IMG/VR virus record: IMGVR_UViG_2851976983_000007
Strand: one strand, 5' to 3'
From: a virus
Taxonomy: Duplodnaviria > Heunggongvirae > Uroviricota > Caudoviricetes
Length of the DNA stretch: 36,723 nt
Of the stretch, positions 35,719 to 36,723 are shown piece after piece. Positions within the stretch are counted from its first letter, which is position 1. Every line of letters begins with the position of its first letter. Made by a program: the position numbers and the translations under genes. The notes under the pieces were generated by a model. The model saw only the letters and a list, made by a program, of their open reading frames with translations, was not told the origin of the DNA and did not search any database.

Positions 35719-36723
35719 ATGTCGATTAAGAAGCTCGAAGATGGTCGTTATTTGCTGGACATCAGGCCGAACGGACGCAAGGGAAAGCGCGTGCGTAAGG
35801 TATTTGACAAAAAATCGGTAGCGGTGGCCACTGAACGCTACATCATGGCGAACGCTGAAAAGCGGGAATATATACAGGGCTACCGTGATCGTCGAACGCT
35901 AAATGATTTGCTTGAGTTGTGGTGGATGTATCACGGCCAGCACAGGCGTAAGGCGGAAGAAGACCGAAAACAACTGCGCAACATAATCAATGAGCTTGGC
36001 GCTGATATGCAGGCTGTGGATCTTGATAAGCTGAAAATTATCGCGTGGCGTTCTCAAAAGATAGCTGATGGATTGAAACCGTCATCTGCTAACAGGTACA
36101 TGAATCGGTTATCCGGAATGTTTACCGTGCTGAAAAAAATAGGTCTTTGGGATGCAGAACATCCAGTAAGGGGAATTTCTATTCTTTATGTATCTCCACG
36201 AGAAATGGCGTTCCTGTCACAGAAGGAAGTGGCGCTATTGCTCGATACACTGGAGGGCGACTACTGGCGTGTTGCGCTTTTGTGTTTAAGCACAGGGGCG
36301 CGCTGGAGTGAAGCTTGTAAGCTTCGTGGTGAACAGATAGTTCATAACCGTGTAACGTTTCTTGAAACCAAAAATGGCCGGAAGAGAACAGTGCCAATTT
36401 CGCAGGCAGTTTGTGAGGCGATCAAAACCAGAGAAACAGGCGGCTTGTTTGAGGTGAAGTACCGGGAATTCTGCCTGGCGCTGAAAAGAGTTAAGCCCGA
36501 TTTACCAAAAGGCCAGGCTGCACATGTGCTGCGGCATACGTTCGCCAGCCATTTTGTGATGAACGGAGGAAACATTATTGCGCTTCAGAAGATTCTTGGT
36601 CACGCAACCATTCAGCAAACAATGGCATATGCGCATTTTGCACCGGATTACCTGCAGGATGCGGTGGCCCTTAATCCGCTGAAAGGTGGCGTAAGTGTCC
36701 ACGCAGTGTCCACGGGGGATTAA
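35719..36723 (+). CDS. int: Tyrosine integrase
   Basis: 335 aa with ...HVLRHTFASHFVMNGGNIIALQKILGHATIQQTMAYAHF... catalytic region; GGAGGG SD; stop at the last base of the window. Confidence 0.9.
   Translation: MSIKKLEDGRYLLDIRPNGRKGKRVRKVFDKKSVAVATERYIMANAEKREYIQGYRDRRTLNDLLELWWMYHGQHRRKAEEDRKQLRNIINELGADMQAVDLDKLKIIAWRSQKIADGLKPSSANRYMNRLSGMFTVLKKIGLWDAEHPVRGISILYVSPREMAFLSQKEVALLLDTLEGDYWRVALLCLSTGARWSEACKLRGEQIVHNRVTFLETKNGRKRTVPISQAVCEAIKTRETGGLFEVKYREFCLALKRVKPDLPKGQAAHVLRHTFASHFVMNGGNIIALQKILGHATIQQTMAYAHFAPDYLQDAVALNPLKGGVSVHAVSTGD

Larger units (their letters stand above)
3085..36723. mobile_element. P2-like prophage, ogr end to int end; left boundary may lie further left (2700-3085) and attR is beyond the window
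   Basis: Near-complete P2 gene set in P2-like order with integrase and repressor at the right end; neither att site identified. Confidence 0.85.

Noticed and set aside
1-36723. CRISPR array, retron or diversity-generating retroelement, tRNA at the attachment site
   Set aside because: No repeat-spacer array, no reverse-transcriptase-like ORF and no tRNA-like cloverleaf recognised by eye; a tRNA or array scan would be needed to fully exclude them

Overview
This window is almost entirely a P2-like (Peduovirus-type) myovirus prophage lying next to a host gene that I read as flk (1-996). Coordinates for open reading frames come from the supplied ORF track; coordinates I derived by hand (hairpins, repeats, crossover sites, small unlisted ORFs) are approximate to about 2 bp. 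All family assignments are from my own reading of the translations against remembered sequences; no search was run.

Layout, left to right: flk; a low-GC stretch (1000-2700) with a zinc-ribbon membrane protein gene and a secreted Cys-repeat protein gene split by an A7 tract; a Hok/Gef-like toxin ORF (2754-2894); then the prophage from ogr (3085-3345) to int (35719-36723). The prophage carries tail genes D, FI, FII, E/E', T, U; a serine invertase with an invertible tail-fibre segment; tfa, H, I, J, W, V, S, R, the lysis cassette, X, L, M, N, O; terminase P and portal Q; replication gene A; an early region; and cox, C and int. The right prophage end is beyond the window and the left end is not pinned down.

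The observations I would rank highest:
- A low-GC single-gene cargo (3537-4559) inserted between ogr and D, with a C-terminal R-x4-H motif that suggests a HEPN-like abortive-infection protein.
- A ParM/ParR-like type II partition module (27432-28707) with paired palindromic repeats upstream, sitting in the cos-to-A position that holds old/tin in P2.
- A Hin/Gin/Pin-family invertase (11558-12145) with two hix-like 26-bp sites flanking a tail-fibre segment whose arms both look decayed.
- The FI-FII-E-T-U block is inverted relative to D and the other late genes when compared with canonical P2 order.

I found no CRISPR array, reverse transcriptase, tRNA or recognisable canonical P2 cos sequence.
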